Shown here: positions 1-8,344 of the stretch, piece by piece
Position numbering within the stretch: the first letter of the stretch is position 1
Layout: the number at the start of each line of letters is the position of its first letter
Assembly: GCA_042584585.1 (NCBI GenBank)
Contig: JBHOSQ010000003.1
Coordinates: 39,644 to 103,643 of the forward strand
Length of the DNA: 64,000 nt
Source of the DNA: an archaeon
GTDB taxonomy: Archaea > B1Sed10-29 > WALL01
Reading direction: 5' to 3'
The notes under the pieces: model-generated
Database searches by the model: none
What the model saw: the letters and a program-made list of their open reading frames with translations, nothing else
What the model was told of the DNA's origin: nothing
Made by a program: the position numbers and the translations under genes

Positions 1-575
1 ATAGTGCCGTCACAAATGTAGCTCACCGTCGCCACGAACCGCGGCTCGTGCAAACCCTCCTCCAAAACAACAACTGCCGCCACATTAGACCCCTTGACTA
101 AGCCGACGAAAAGCTGGAGGAACTTGAACACACTCGACGGCTCGGCGTAAAGGAGCATGTCGGAAAGCGAGTCAAGCACTATGCGGGACCCAGTCTCAAG
201 GCCGGAAATCTCTTTTTTCAGGAGCCGAGTCAACTCGTTCAGCTCGGTGAGCGACGCGAGCCTCACCACGTTCTTCGGCGGCTCCGGCACATCGCCCGAA
301 ATCCGCCACGAATACCCGTCGATGAAGTAAATGTTGCTCAAGTCCTCAATGCCAACTGCCTTGAGGCCGTTGATTATCTGCTCCACCGGCTCCGAAGTAG
401 CGACGTAAATGCACCGCTGGCCTTTGTCCATTCCTTCCTTCGCGAACTGCCGGCAAAAGCTGGTCTTGCCGGTTCCCGGCGGCGCCTCCAAAAGCACAGT
501 TGCCTTCTGGGGGAACCCTCCGCCGAGCAGCTCATCAAGTCCCGGCACTCCAGTCAGTATTTTTGCTTCCGGCAA
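1..575 (-). CDS. KaiC/RecA-superfamily single-domain ATPase (paralog 1); 3' end runs off the window
   Basis: Absent from the ORF track because there is no stop in the window. Minus-strand translation from TTG at 575 gives (M)PEAKILTGVPGLDELLGGGFPQKATVLLEAPPGTGKTSFCRQF...SRIVLDSLSDML...HEPRFVATVSYICDGTI. Walker A is GTGKT and Walker B is hhhhD. A GGGAGGG Shine-Dalgarno-like motif lies about 8 nt upstream of the TTG. Confidence 0.7.
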   Translation of the reverse strand, partial: MPEAKILTGVPGLDELLGGGFPQKATVLLEAPPGTGKTSFCRQFAKEGMDKGQRCIYVATSEPVEQIINGLKAVGIEDLSNIYFIDGYSWRISGDVPEPPKNVVRLASLTELNELTRLLKKEISGLETGSRIVLDSLSDMLLYAEPSSVFKFLQLFVGLVKGSNVAAVVVLEEGLHEPRFVATVSYICDGT

Positions 576-633
576 GCGGTGTCCCTCCCAAGTAGATTAT
601 CCATCATATGACTAACGCACAAGGGGTTATTAT

Positions 634-1392
634 TTATTTGGCAAAGACGACTGCCCTGAACTGGCAAAAGTCGTGGCCTAGGCCCCAGCAGTTTTCTTCC
701 TTAACCTCAATGTTCTCCAACTCGTAAAACACCACGTACGCGCCACGCAGCAATCCGCGTACAAAATGGCAGTAGGTCGCGTTGATGGCTGGCATGCCAG
801 CCGCGAACGCGCTCTCCTCAAGCGTAAGGACCTGCGCGGGATAAGTGCTCTTCTCGACTTTTTCTTCCTTGAAGGACGCGACACCAACCCCCGCGTCGGC
901 CATGAACGAAACCAGTGCCGTGTTGAGATCGTTCACGTCCTTTGGGGTGGAAGCCTTTGCGATTCTTCTGCCAGCATTCTCTCCTGCCTGCACCGCGTTG
1001 CGCTCCAGCTGGAACTGCTGTGCCACTCCGTAAGGCGCGTAAGTCACCTCGTGCAGCAAGTCAATGCTGACCCCTTTGAAGCTTGGGCGCACGCCCTCGG
1101 GCGTGAGGTATTTGAACGGCATCTCGTGGCCCGATGACAGGACCACCTGCTCGTCAATGGCATACCCCGCGGCCTTCACTCCGGACAGTATCTCCAGTAT
1201 CTTGACGCTCGACGCCAAAAGCGCGGGCTGCAGCTTGTCAAGCTTCTGGCCCGGCGAAAACGCCCTCATCTCCCCAGTCGAAAACAAGTGAATCACCACG
1301 TCCCCAAGCCTAGCCTCCAGCAGGTCAAGCTTGCCGACCTTCTTCAGGAGCGGGACCTTGGACAGCTTTTTCAGGTCCAGCTTTACCCCCAA
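634..1392 (-). CDS. V4R-domain (4-vinyl-reductase-like, predicted small-molecule-binding) protein
   Basis: 252-aa ORF. The C-terminus CHFVRGLLRGAYVVFYELENIEVKEENCWGLGHDFCQFRAV matches the remembered V4R pattern C-h-f-x-G-x-l-x-G ... E-x-x-C-x-x-x-G-x-x-x-C-x-F. It sits between KaiC-like genes on the same strand. Confidence 0.55.
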   Translation of the reverse strand: MGVKLDLKKLSKVPLLKKVGKLDLLEARLGDVVIHLFSTGEMRAFSPGQKLDKLQPALLASSVKILEILSGVKAAGYAIDEQVVLSSGHEMPFKYLTPEGVRPSFKGVSIDLLHEVTYAPYGVAQQFQLERNAVQAGENAGRRIAKASTPKDVNDLNTALVSFMADAGVGVASFKEEKVEKSTYPAQVLTLEESAFAAGMPAINATYCHFVRGLLRGAYVVFYELENIEVKEENCWGLGHDFCQFRAVVFAK

Positions 1393-1418
1393 GTCATACT
1401 GGTAAGAGGTAGTATCAA

Positions 1419-2099
1419 TCAGATAATCTCCTCCCGGTAGACCACGATGCCCGACTTGGTTATTTTGAATGGGTACATTGCGTTTGAGTGCTGTACTCCA
1501 CGCATCTTGACTATTTCCAGCGCGCGGCGGCGCTCGTTCTTGATTGGGATGTTGTACAGCGAAATGACCCCGTCCACGATGAACTCTTCAAGAGTGTACT
1601 CCGCGCTCTCTCGCACCGCATAAGGCGCTTCCGCGGTGAACAGCACAGTGCAGTCAAGACCCTCCAGAAACTGGAGGAGCCCCATGATGTTTCGCCTGAA
1701 GTCGAACGGGTCCTGCGTGTTCATCTTGAGGAGTGTGAGTGTGTCAATCACAACGCGCTTCGTGTTGTGCCTTGTGATGTAGGCCTGGAGCACGTCGCTC
1801 AGCCGCTCCCAGTTGAAGCAGTCGACGGACACCAGCACAATGTTGCCGTTGTCGATTTGTCCCTTGAGGTCCCAGTCAAGGCCGGTCGAAAGGTTTTCCA
1901 CGAGCTTGTCCGGCTTTTCCTCGAGCATGACCATCAAGCCCTTCTCCCCCAAAAGCGCGCCGCGATAGAGGAACTCCATCGAAAAAGTTGTCTTGCCGGT
2001 CCCCGGGCCGCCAATCACCATTATGTGCCGCTTCTTGAGCAATCCGCCTCCAAGCATCTCGTCAAGGCCTTCGATTCCAGTGGGGACTCTGTCAACCAT
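1419..2099 (-). CDS. KaiC/RecA-superfamily single-domain ATPase (paralog 2)
   Basis: MVDRVPTGIEGLDEMLGGGLLKKRHIMVIGGPGTGKTTFSMEFLYRGA. Canonical Walker A, LEE after strand 2, Walker B RVVIDTLT, C-terminal IVKMRG motif. Confidence 0.85.
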   Translation of the reverse strand: MVDRVPTGIEGLDEMLGGGLLKKRHIMVIGGPGTGKTTFSMEFLYRGALLGEKGLMVMLEEKPDKLVENLSTGLDWDLKGQIDNGNIVLVSVDCFNWERLSDVLQAYITRHNTKRVVIDTLTLLKMNTQDPFDFRRNIMGLLQFLEGLDCTVLFTAEAPYAVRESAEYTLEEFIVDGVISLYNIPIKNERRRALEIVKMRGVQHSNAMYPFKITKSGIVVYREEII

Positions 2100-2160
2100 T
2101 TAAGCACCTAGTTGGGATAACTCGCAATACCTATAAAAGCGTTTAGCATGCGCAAGAGCC

Positions 2161-2796
2161 TTATTTCGTGCGCAGCCTGAAGCCTTTTGGGCCCAATTCA
2201 TAGAAAAAGTCCTTGGCCGGGACCTTGGTGTCGCGCATCTTTACTATGCGCAACCCTTTCTCCGAATCAAGGTTTACCACGCTGTCGCAAAGCGACCGGA
2301 AAGTGTTTTCCGCGTCCGAGGGATAAGTCCCAAGGTCAAGGGTGAACATGATGACTGACGACTTGGCCTTCACGATTGCGATTACCTGCTGCAGGAAGCG
2401 CTGGATTTCGTCGTCCGAGCTGTACAGCAGCAAAGGGGTCAGCGAGTCGAACAGCAGTATTGACCCCGGCTCAAGGGCGTCCTCGATGAGGAAAGTGATT
2501 TTGCTGAGGTTGGCAAGGGAGTCCACTGCCGCGGGCGCGCCGCTCAGCCACGAATAGCAGTCAATGAAAAACGCCTCGAACCCCAGCTTGAAGCTCGTCA
2601 TTTCCGCGCCGATTTCTTCCTGGGTGTTGTTGGTCAGCACAACGATTTTCTTGCCTTTTTCAGTGGTGTTCATCAGGGAAAGCGAGAAAATGGTTTTGCC
2701 GGCTCCGGGCGTGCCCTGCACGAGCACAGCCGACGCATTGGGCAGCCCAGGGACTATCTCGTTGAATTCCTTGATTCCGGTTTTGACGTGCGTCAT
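2161..2796 (-). CDS. KaiC/RecA-superfamily single-domain ATPase (paralog 3)
   Basis: TGIKEFNEIVPGLPNASAVLVQGTPGAGKTIFSLSL. Walker B is ILLFDSLT; C-terminal motif is RIVKMRD. Confidence 0.8.
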   Translation of the reverse strand: MTHVKTGIKEFNEIVPGLPNASAVLVQGTPGAGKTIFSLSLMNTTEKGKKIVVLTNNTQEEIGAEMTSFKLGFEAFFIDCYSWLSGAPAAVDSLANLSKITFLIEDALEPGSILLFDSLTPLLLYSSDDEIQRFLQQVIAIVKAKSSVIMFTLDLGTYPSDAENTFRSLCDSVVNLDSEKGLRIVKMRDTKVPAKDFFYELGPKGFRLRTK

Positions 2797-2823
2797 GTGC
2801 CATCACTTGTAGGAAGAGCATGC

Positions 2824-2839
2824 TTATATATTATATATT
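2824..2839. promoter_or_regulatory. AT-rich bidirectional TATA region in a 56-bp divergent intergenic spacer
   Basis: ttatatattatatatt is the only AT-rich block between divergent starts 2796 (-) and 2853 (+). It lies about 23-28 nt from each start, which fits leaderless archaeal transcripts. Confidence 0.4.
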
Positions 2840-2852
2840 CTTTTATTGAGTC

Positions 2853-5800
2853 ATGCGAGGGCAAGGTGCCTCAGAGTTCCTTTTGCTGCTGTCATTTATA
2901 TTGCTTTTGATACTGCCAGTGGGGTATTACATATTCACCAACACAACCGAGTCGTCCCGTGTCCTCGAGGCAGACCTCGCGGTGAGCGCGCTCACGAAGA
3001 CGGCGAATTACGTTTATTACCAGTCGCCCGGCGCAAAGCAGGTCGTGACAGTGTTCCTGCCCGGTGGAATCGAATGGGCTGATAGCTACATCGGCCACCC
3101 CACGGAAAGCGGCGGCGAGGAAATCAACCTAGCGCTCTACACCCAGACGGGTGGGACGACTGATATAATTGGCCTCACAGAGGGAGAAGTCCGCGGCACG
3201 TGGCCCGACAGCAACGGGAACTATAGGTTCATGGTGAGGAAAACTGCGGATGGCTATGTCATAATCGGGCCGTACGAACAGACCTTCCTCCTCGAGCCAC
3301 AATCCTACACCACGACAATGGTGGCTGGGGCATTGGACTCGTTCACAATTACGGCAACTGAGCTCGAAGGCTCGGATCGGACGCTTACGCTTACGCCGGG
3401 CGGCGAAATCGCGACGTGGCTGTCCCTTGGGACGAGCTCGCTCGACCTAGCGGCGGACGCCCAGAACACGACGCTTGTCAACATAACCGTCCCCGCCGCC
3501 ACGCCCGCTGGCGTCTACACAGGCACAGTCGACGCGACTGACGGCGAGGTGACTGACGTTGTCTACATCACGGTGATTTCCCTTGGGCCAGTCACGCCGC
3601 CCGGTGGCATCGAGGGCGGGCTGCTCGTCAACATAACCCACCCAACAAACACCACTTACACAGAATGGCCGATTGACCTCAACTACACCGTGAACGCGAC
3701 CCCCGCCTGGTGCGGCTACACGCTGGACGGAAGCGTGCTCACTACGATAGACGGAAACGTCACCATGCTGCCGACGAACGGCTCGCACTACGTTACAGTT
3801 TTGTGTGTCAGTGCGGACGGAAAATCGGGCACGGACGACGAATGGTTCTCCACGGACTTCGGGAACGAGCCGTGGTGCTTCAACCTGACCATGCTCTGGG
3901 CGTACAACAGCACTTACGACGATGTCATGCCCGAGATCTTCACGAGCAACGATGTATACGCCGATGAACACGGCATCTTAGAAGACGCGCTCACCTTCAT
4001 TGACGCCACTTTCGAGTTCGCCATCAACCCAAACGTCGATGACGTAGTGATTCACAACATGTCGCAGGGGTGGGAGCACTACGAATCAGACGCCCAGATA
4101 GACCCCGTCCTGCAGTGGCAGCTCAACAATGGGTGGGGCGGCACGGTATGCCAGCTGCCGGCATACTCAAACCCGGCCCAAGAAGCGCTTGACGTCTGCA
4201 CGCTCTCGGAAGAGGAGGTGCCCGCAACGCCTGGCGAAGTGCTAATCCTCTCCACAAGGGTGTACTACCTGTCACAGTCGGCGTCGGCACACGAGGCGCA
4301 TATCGACTGGACTTACCTCACGGTTTGTTACGGCGAGGCGATAACTGAGCTCAACATAATCTCTCCGACGAACACGAATTACTCAGAGGAAAACATTTGG
4401 TTCAACATCAGCTCGAACTCAATGATGGACGAGGCATGGTTCTCGCTTGACGGTGCTGCAAACCACTCGCTGGGTGACAGCGGGTTCACCGCGTCACACC
4501 TGACTGGCGTTGGGTTTGGCGAGCACAACGTCACGTTCTACGCCAACGACTCCAATGGCAACATTATGTCCAACTGGACCACGTTTAACAGGACCGGGGG
4601 CGCCGTCGGGGGCAGCGCGCCGACCCACTTGACTCCGATACTGAACGCGACTTCCGCGAACAACCTGACGGCGGACAACCTCACCTGCTGGAACCAGAGT
4701 ACTTCTGACCCGGACGGCGACGCGGTGAAGAACATCTTCAACTGGAAGAAGGACGGGGAGTGGGCCATGGGATTGAACATGCCGTTCGAGGGTGGAAGTA
4801 ATAGCACCTGGATGGAGGACTATTCCGGGAACGACAACCACGGCACCAACACTGGCTCGACGTGGGACAACACAACTGGCTACGACGGCTGGGGGTCCTA
4901 CCACTTCGATGGCGCGACTGACTACATCACTGTCGCAGACTCTGCGTCGATAAATTTCACTGGGCCGTTCACGGTCTCGCTGTGGGCCAAGGCGGAAGTT
5001 GCCCCGGACCAGTGGGACACATTGTTGGTGAAGGCCACGAGTGACTGGTGGGACGACGGCTACGCCCTGTTCTATGACAGTGCCTCTACTGTGAAGTTCT
5101 ACCTCAATGGGTTCGACGAGGACTTCGCCACCGCCTCGCTGACGCCGACGCAGTGGAACCACATTGTTGGCGTGTACAACGGAAGCGCGCTGAGGATATT
5201 CGTTAACGGCACGGAAGGCACTCCTGACACCAGCATCACCGGGACCGGGCCCACCAACGCTGCGCCAATCAGGATTGGGTCGCACGACGGGGGCTACGAG
5301 CACCAGGGATGGATTGACGACATCTTGGTGTTCAACCATTCGCTGTCGCCGGAACAGGTTACGGCGCTCTACAACAACCAGACCAATTTGATTGTGTCGC
5401 AGGAGACGGATGAGGGCGACGTCTGGCAGTGTGAGATTACTCCGAACGACGGTGGCCAGGACGGCTTGACCAAGACATCGAATACCTTGACTATCGCCGA
5501 CAGCGTCGCGCCAGTAATAACGATAGTATCGCCCACGAACACTACATACAACGAGACCTGGGTCTGGATGAACATCACGCTCGACGAGAGCGGAAGCTGG
5601 GCGGGCTATTCTCTGGACGGCGCGGCCAATGTGACAATGACCGGAAGCGGCACGAGCTGGTACTACAACGCGAGCGGCCTCGCGGAGACCGGGCATACCG
5701 TGGTGTTCTACGCCAATGACTCGTGGGGCAACATGGGTGTAAGCGCGATGCGGTGGTTCACAATCGACACTGCCGCGGTAAGCGCGTGCCCGTACACGAT

Positions 5801-6494
5801 TGACGCGTGGGAGCTTGACACTGACAAGCCGCAGCCCATCGAGTTCACCAGTGGGTTGAACACGACGGCGAACACGTTTGGAATTGGTGGCGCGAGCGAC
5901 GGATGGGACTGGGCGTGGGACGTTTACGACAGTGGCAGCACATGTGTGTACTTCAACGGAAACGCGTACGTGAGCGCGGCGAGCCCGACCACAGGTGCGG
6001 TGAACACCGGGGTTAATGCTGATGACTTGATACGCATAGACATCGGCGACTCGCACGAGGTAGGCGATAGCGTGTGCAACCTTGACGGCCACGGCAGCGG
6101 CGCTTACGCGGTCAAGCTGGACGTGACTGGTGATATGTGGAGTGAGATAGCCAGTGGCGGCACCGCGACTGTGTACTTCGACTGGTCGTTCACTGACTAC
6201 GCGCTTGACAGTGGGGACGACGCTTGGGTGAAGGCGCGGTTCGGGAACTCTACCACGATGACTTACCTAGGCACGCAGGTCGGCGGCGGCAACGACGACG
6301 CGGACGCGGACATAATGTTCCAGAGCAACCCGGCGGATACAAGCGGCTCCGAGGCGATTGACGTGACGAGCCTGATTACTGAAGCTGGAAGCCACTACTT
6401 GGAGCTTGGGGCGCGGGTCTTTGACTGGGACAACAACGAGGGCGGGAACTTCGAGTTCGATAACGTGGACTTGAACGTCAGCTGCGCACCGTGA
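2853..6494 (+). CDS. Giant pilin-like surface protein / putative adhesin with class III signal peptide, LamG (concanavalin-A-like lectin) domain and three repeated beta-rich modules
   Basis: N-terminus is MRGQGASEFLLLLSFILLLILPV. The LamG-like segment is YHFDGATDYITVADSASINFTGPFTVSLWAKA...WNHIVGVYNGSALRIFVNGTE...IRIGS...GWIDDILVFNHSLSPEQV (about nt 4770-5387). Repeats of the type SPTNT(T/N)Y...LDGAAN...V(T/V)FYANDS.GN occur at about 3621-3851, 4347-4589 and 5511-5765. I count roughly 40 N-x-S/T sequons by eye. Confidence 0.85.
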   Translation: MRGQGASEFLLLLSFILLLILPVGYYIFTNTTESSRVLEADLAVSALTKTANYVYYQSPGAKQVVTVFLPGGIEWADSYIGHPTESGGEEINLALYTQTGGTTDIIGLTEGEVRGTWPDSNGNYRFMVRKTADGYVIIGPYEQTFLLEPQSYTTTMVAGALDSFTITATELEGSDRTLTLTPGGEIATWLSLGTSSLDLAADAQNTTLVNITVPAATPAGVYTGTVDATDGEVTDVVYITVISLGPVTPPGGIEGGLLVNITHPTNTTYTEWPIDLNYTVNATPAWCGYTLDGSVLTTIDGNVTMLPTNGSHYVTVLCVSADGKSGTDDEWFSTDFGNEPWCFNLTMLWAYNSTYDDVMPEIFTSNDVYADEHGILEDALTFIDATFEFAINPNVDDVVIHNMSQGWEHYESDAQIDPVLQWQLNNGWGGTVCQLPAYSNPAQEALDVCTLSEEEVPATPGEVLILSTRVYYLSQSASAHEAHIDWTYLTVCYGEAITELNIISPTNTNYSEENIWFNISSNSMMDEAWFSLDGAANHSLGDSGFTASHLTGVGFGEHNVTFYANDSNGNIMSNWTTFNRTGGAVGGSAPTHLTPILNATSANNLTADNLTCWNQSTSDPDGDAVKNIFNWKKDGEWAMGLNMPFEGGSNSTWMEDYSGNDNHGTNTGSTWDNTTGYDGWGSYHFDGATDYITVADSASINFTGPFTVSLWAKAEVAPDQWDTLLVKATSDWWDDGYALFYDSASTVKFYLNGFDEDFATASLTPTQWNHIVGVYNGSALRIFVNGTEGTPDTSITGTGPTNAAPIRIGSHDGGYEHQGWIDDILVFNHSLSPEQVTALYNNQTNLIVSQETDEGDVWQCEITPNDGGQDGLTKTSNTLTIADSVAPVITIVSPTNTTYNETWVWMNITLDESGSWAGYSLDGAANVTMTGSGTSWYYNASGLAETGHTVVFYANDSWGNMGVSAMRWFTIDTAAVSACPYTIDAWELDTDKPQPIEFTSGLNTTANTFGIGGASDGWDWAWDVYDSGSTCVYFNGNAYVSAASPTTGAVNTGVNADDLIRIDIGDSHEVGDSVCNLDGHGSGAYAVKLDVTGDMWSEIASGGTATVYFDWSFTDYALDSGDDAWVKARFGNSTTMTYLGTQVGGGNDDADADIMFQSNPADTSGSEAIDVTSLITEAGSHYLELGARVFDWDNNEGGNFEFDNVDLNVSCAP

Positions 6495-7072
6495 TTGAAA
6501 TGGATGAGCTGGAGAATAGCATAGCTGCACTCGAGAAGGCGAGGGGTCAGCTGCATGTAAAGAAGCCGGGGCACGGCAAGACAATTGCAGTGATAGCAAT
6601 AGCTATAATCGCGGTGGCGGCGCTGCTCGCGCTCGCGGCGCTTGTTGTGGTACAGGCTGGGCTGCCGGAAATTGGGCTGCCTAGTATACCAGAAATCGAG
6701 CTGCCGGACATGGACTCGCCGGTGATTGAAGAGCCGGAAGCCCCAACCGCCCTTCCGGTTGATGCCTTCCCCCTCACTGGGTCTTACGTATGCACAGTAA
6801 CTGGCAATGATTACCATGTGTACGAGGAGTCGTACTTTTACCTTGAGGGGGAGAACCTTGCGATTGTTGGCGACGGGCAGAAGTTGATTGTAACGCCTGG
6901 ACGCAGGCAAGTAAGGGAAGCCGCGGCCCAGGACTTCTTCGTGTTCGCGCCAGGGGTGGTGTGCATTGAGGACGGTGAGCCAGAGCGGATAATGGAGGAG
7001 GCGGGAGAAACCGGCATCATTGCTTTCGGCGGCACGGACTACGTGGTCGAGCCGGGGAAGGTCGACGGATGA
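6491..7072 (+). CDS. Hypothetical bitopic membrane protein of the pilus operon
   Basis: 193 aa with a single TM segment (TIAVIAIAIIAVAALLALAALVVVQAG) after a short N-terminal helix. GTGA overlap with the upstream gene and ATGA overlap with the downstream gene. No family recognised. Confidence 0.6.
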   Translation: MIEMDELENSIAALEKARGQLHVKKPGHGKTIAVIAIAIIAVAALLALAALVVVQAGLPEIGLPSIPEIELPDMDSPVIEEPEAPTALPVDAFPLTGSYVCTVTGNDYHVYEESYFYLEGENLAIVGDGQKLIVTPGRRQVREAAAQDFFVFAPGVVCIEDGEPERIMEEAGETGIIAFGGTDYVVEPGKVDG

Positions 7073-7479
7073 GGGGGCAAGTCACTTTCGAGTTCCTTGG
7101 GACGGTAGTGGTGGCCATGCTGATTTACGCAATATTCAGCACGTACATATTCATACAGTTTGAGTCCCTGCTGCCGTGGCAAAACCAAAACTATGACGCG
7201 AGATTCTACGCCGAGCAAATAGCAGAAGCAATTGACTACGCCCACTTCGGCGGCGATGGCTACCACGACACTTTCGTGCTGCCGGAGCAAATACGCAGCC
7301 GGAACTACACTGTTTTCTACAGCAGCGGCATCATCGAGGTCGACATAGTGGACTTGGGGGATGTGGACAGCTACGGCATCGCTCATGTGGTCGCGCCGCA
7401 GGTCGGGATGTTCAGCGTGGGCAATGGCACTAACCACGTGGTGAACTCGAACGGCACTGTGGGGGTGTGGGTCCAGTGA
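7069..7479 (+). CDS. Pilin-like protein (class III signal peptide), minor pilin candidate
   Basis: MRGQVTFEFLGTVVVAMLIYAIF: a short basic leader, then G, then a hydrophobic helix. 4-nt ATGA overlap with the upstream stop. Confidence 0.7.
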   Translation: MRGQVTFEFLGTVVVAMLIYAIFSTYIFIQFESLLPWQNQNYDARFYAEQIAEAIDYAHFGGDGYHDTFVLPEQIRSRNYTVFYSSGIIEVDIVDLGDVDSYGIAHVVAPQVGMFSVGNGTNHVVNSNGTVGVWVQ

Positions 7480-7913
7480 AGAAGGGACAGGCGTTCACCA
7501 TGGACTTGTTCGTGGCGTACACGGTCTTCATGATTGTGATGCTGGTAATAACGCTGATGTCGCTGTGGGTCGGGAGCGCAATCCATGAGAAAGAAGAAGT
7601 GGATGCCATGAGCCTGAGGGCGATTGCGGGGCTTGACTACTTGTGCTACAGCGACAACTTCACTGACGAGCCGTACAAGCTGAAGACACCTGAAGTACAA
7701 TGGTTCTTCAGCCAGAGCGACGATGCCGTGCGTGACGCGCTGCGGCCGGGATGGAACTATTCGCTGGAGCTTAACTGGCTTAACGGCACGACTTTGCTTT
7801 CCGCGGGGGGGTACATGTCGAAGGCGGATAGGGTCGTGTCCTTCGAGCGCCTCGTGTACTACAATGACAACCGCGCAAAGCTGATAATGAGCGTGTGGGA
7901 GGAACGGAAGTGA
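7476..7913 (+). CDS. Pilin-like protein (class III signal peptide), minor pilin candidate
   Basis: I chose GTG at 7476 (GTGA overlap with the upstream stop), giving MKKGQAFTMDLFVAYTVFMIVMLVITL. The track start at 7467 is in frame and also possible. Confidence 0.65.
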   Translation: MKKGQAFTMDLFVAYTVFMIVMLVITLMSLWVGSAIHEKEEVDAMSLRAIAGLDYLCYSDNFTDEPYKLKTPEVQWFFSQSDDAVRDALRPGWNYSLELNWLNGTTLLSAGGYMSKADRVVSFERLVYYNDNRAKLIMSVWEERK

Positions 7914-8344
7914 GCCGCGGGTTCTACATGAGCATCGACATATCAATAGCCGTGGCCATGACGTTTCTCATCCTCATGGTGCTCATGATTACTTTTGGGA
8001 ACATCCCGAAGTCCGTTGTCGTGGAGACGGGGAACTACAAAGTGGGGGAAAGCACGCTCTACACCATGAAGCACGATGGCACGCTCGACCAAATCGTCGC
8101 GTATCTTGAGAATGGGCAGGAGGGCCGGGCGAAGGGGGAAGCGGTTTCGGCCATGGCTAATTACAATATCGTCATGAAGTCGCGGCTCACTGTCACGACG
8201 TACAACGAGTCTCTTGTCCCGGTTTATACCATGACCGCCAAGAAGGGCGCGATTAAGGAAAAGGCGTATGCGATGAGCATTCCATTCAAGGCGGACGGCA
8301 CTGACAGTGCTTTTGGGATAGCGACTCTGGTGGTGGGGGTATGA
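7910..8344 (+). CDS. Pilin-like protein (class III signal peptide), minor pilin candidate
   Basis: I chose GTG at 7910 (GTGA overlap), giving MSRGFYMSIDISIAVAMTFLILMVLMI. The track start at 7895 is in frame. Confidence 0.6.
   Translation: MSRGFYMSIDISIAVAMTFLILMVLMITFGNIPKSVVVETGNYKVGESTLYTMKHDGTLDQIVAYLENGQEGRAKGEAVSAMANYNIVMKSRLTVTTYNESLVPVYTMTAKKGAIKEKAYAMSIPFKADGTDSAFGIATLVVGV

Noticed and set aside
409-615. 68-aa plus-strand ORF in the track
   Set aside because: It lies antisense to a clear KaiC-like coding frame (Walker A and B readable on the minus strand). It is P/S-rich with no motifs.
4494-6092. 532-aa minus-strand ORF
   Set aside because: It is an antisense shadow of the LamG giant gene. 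The R/V/G/H-rich composition is typical of GC-rich antisense frames, and there are no motifs.
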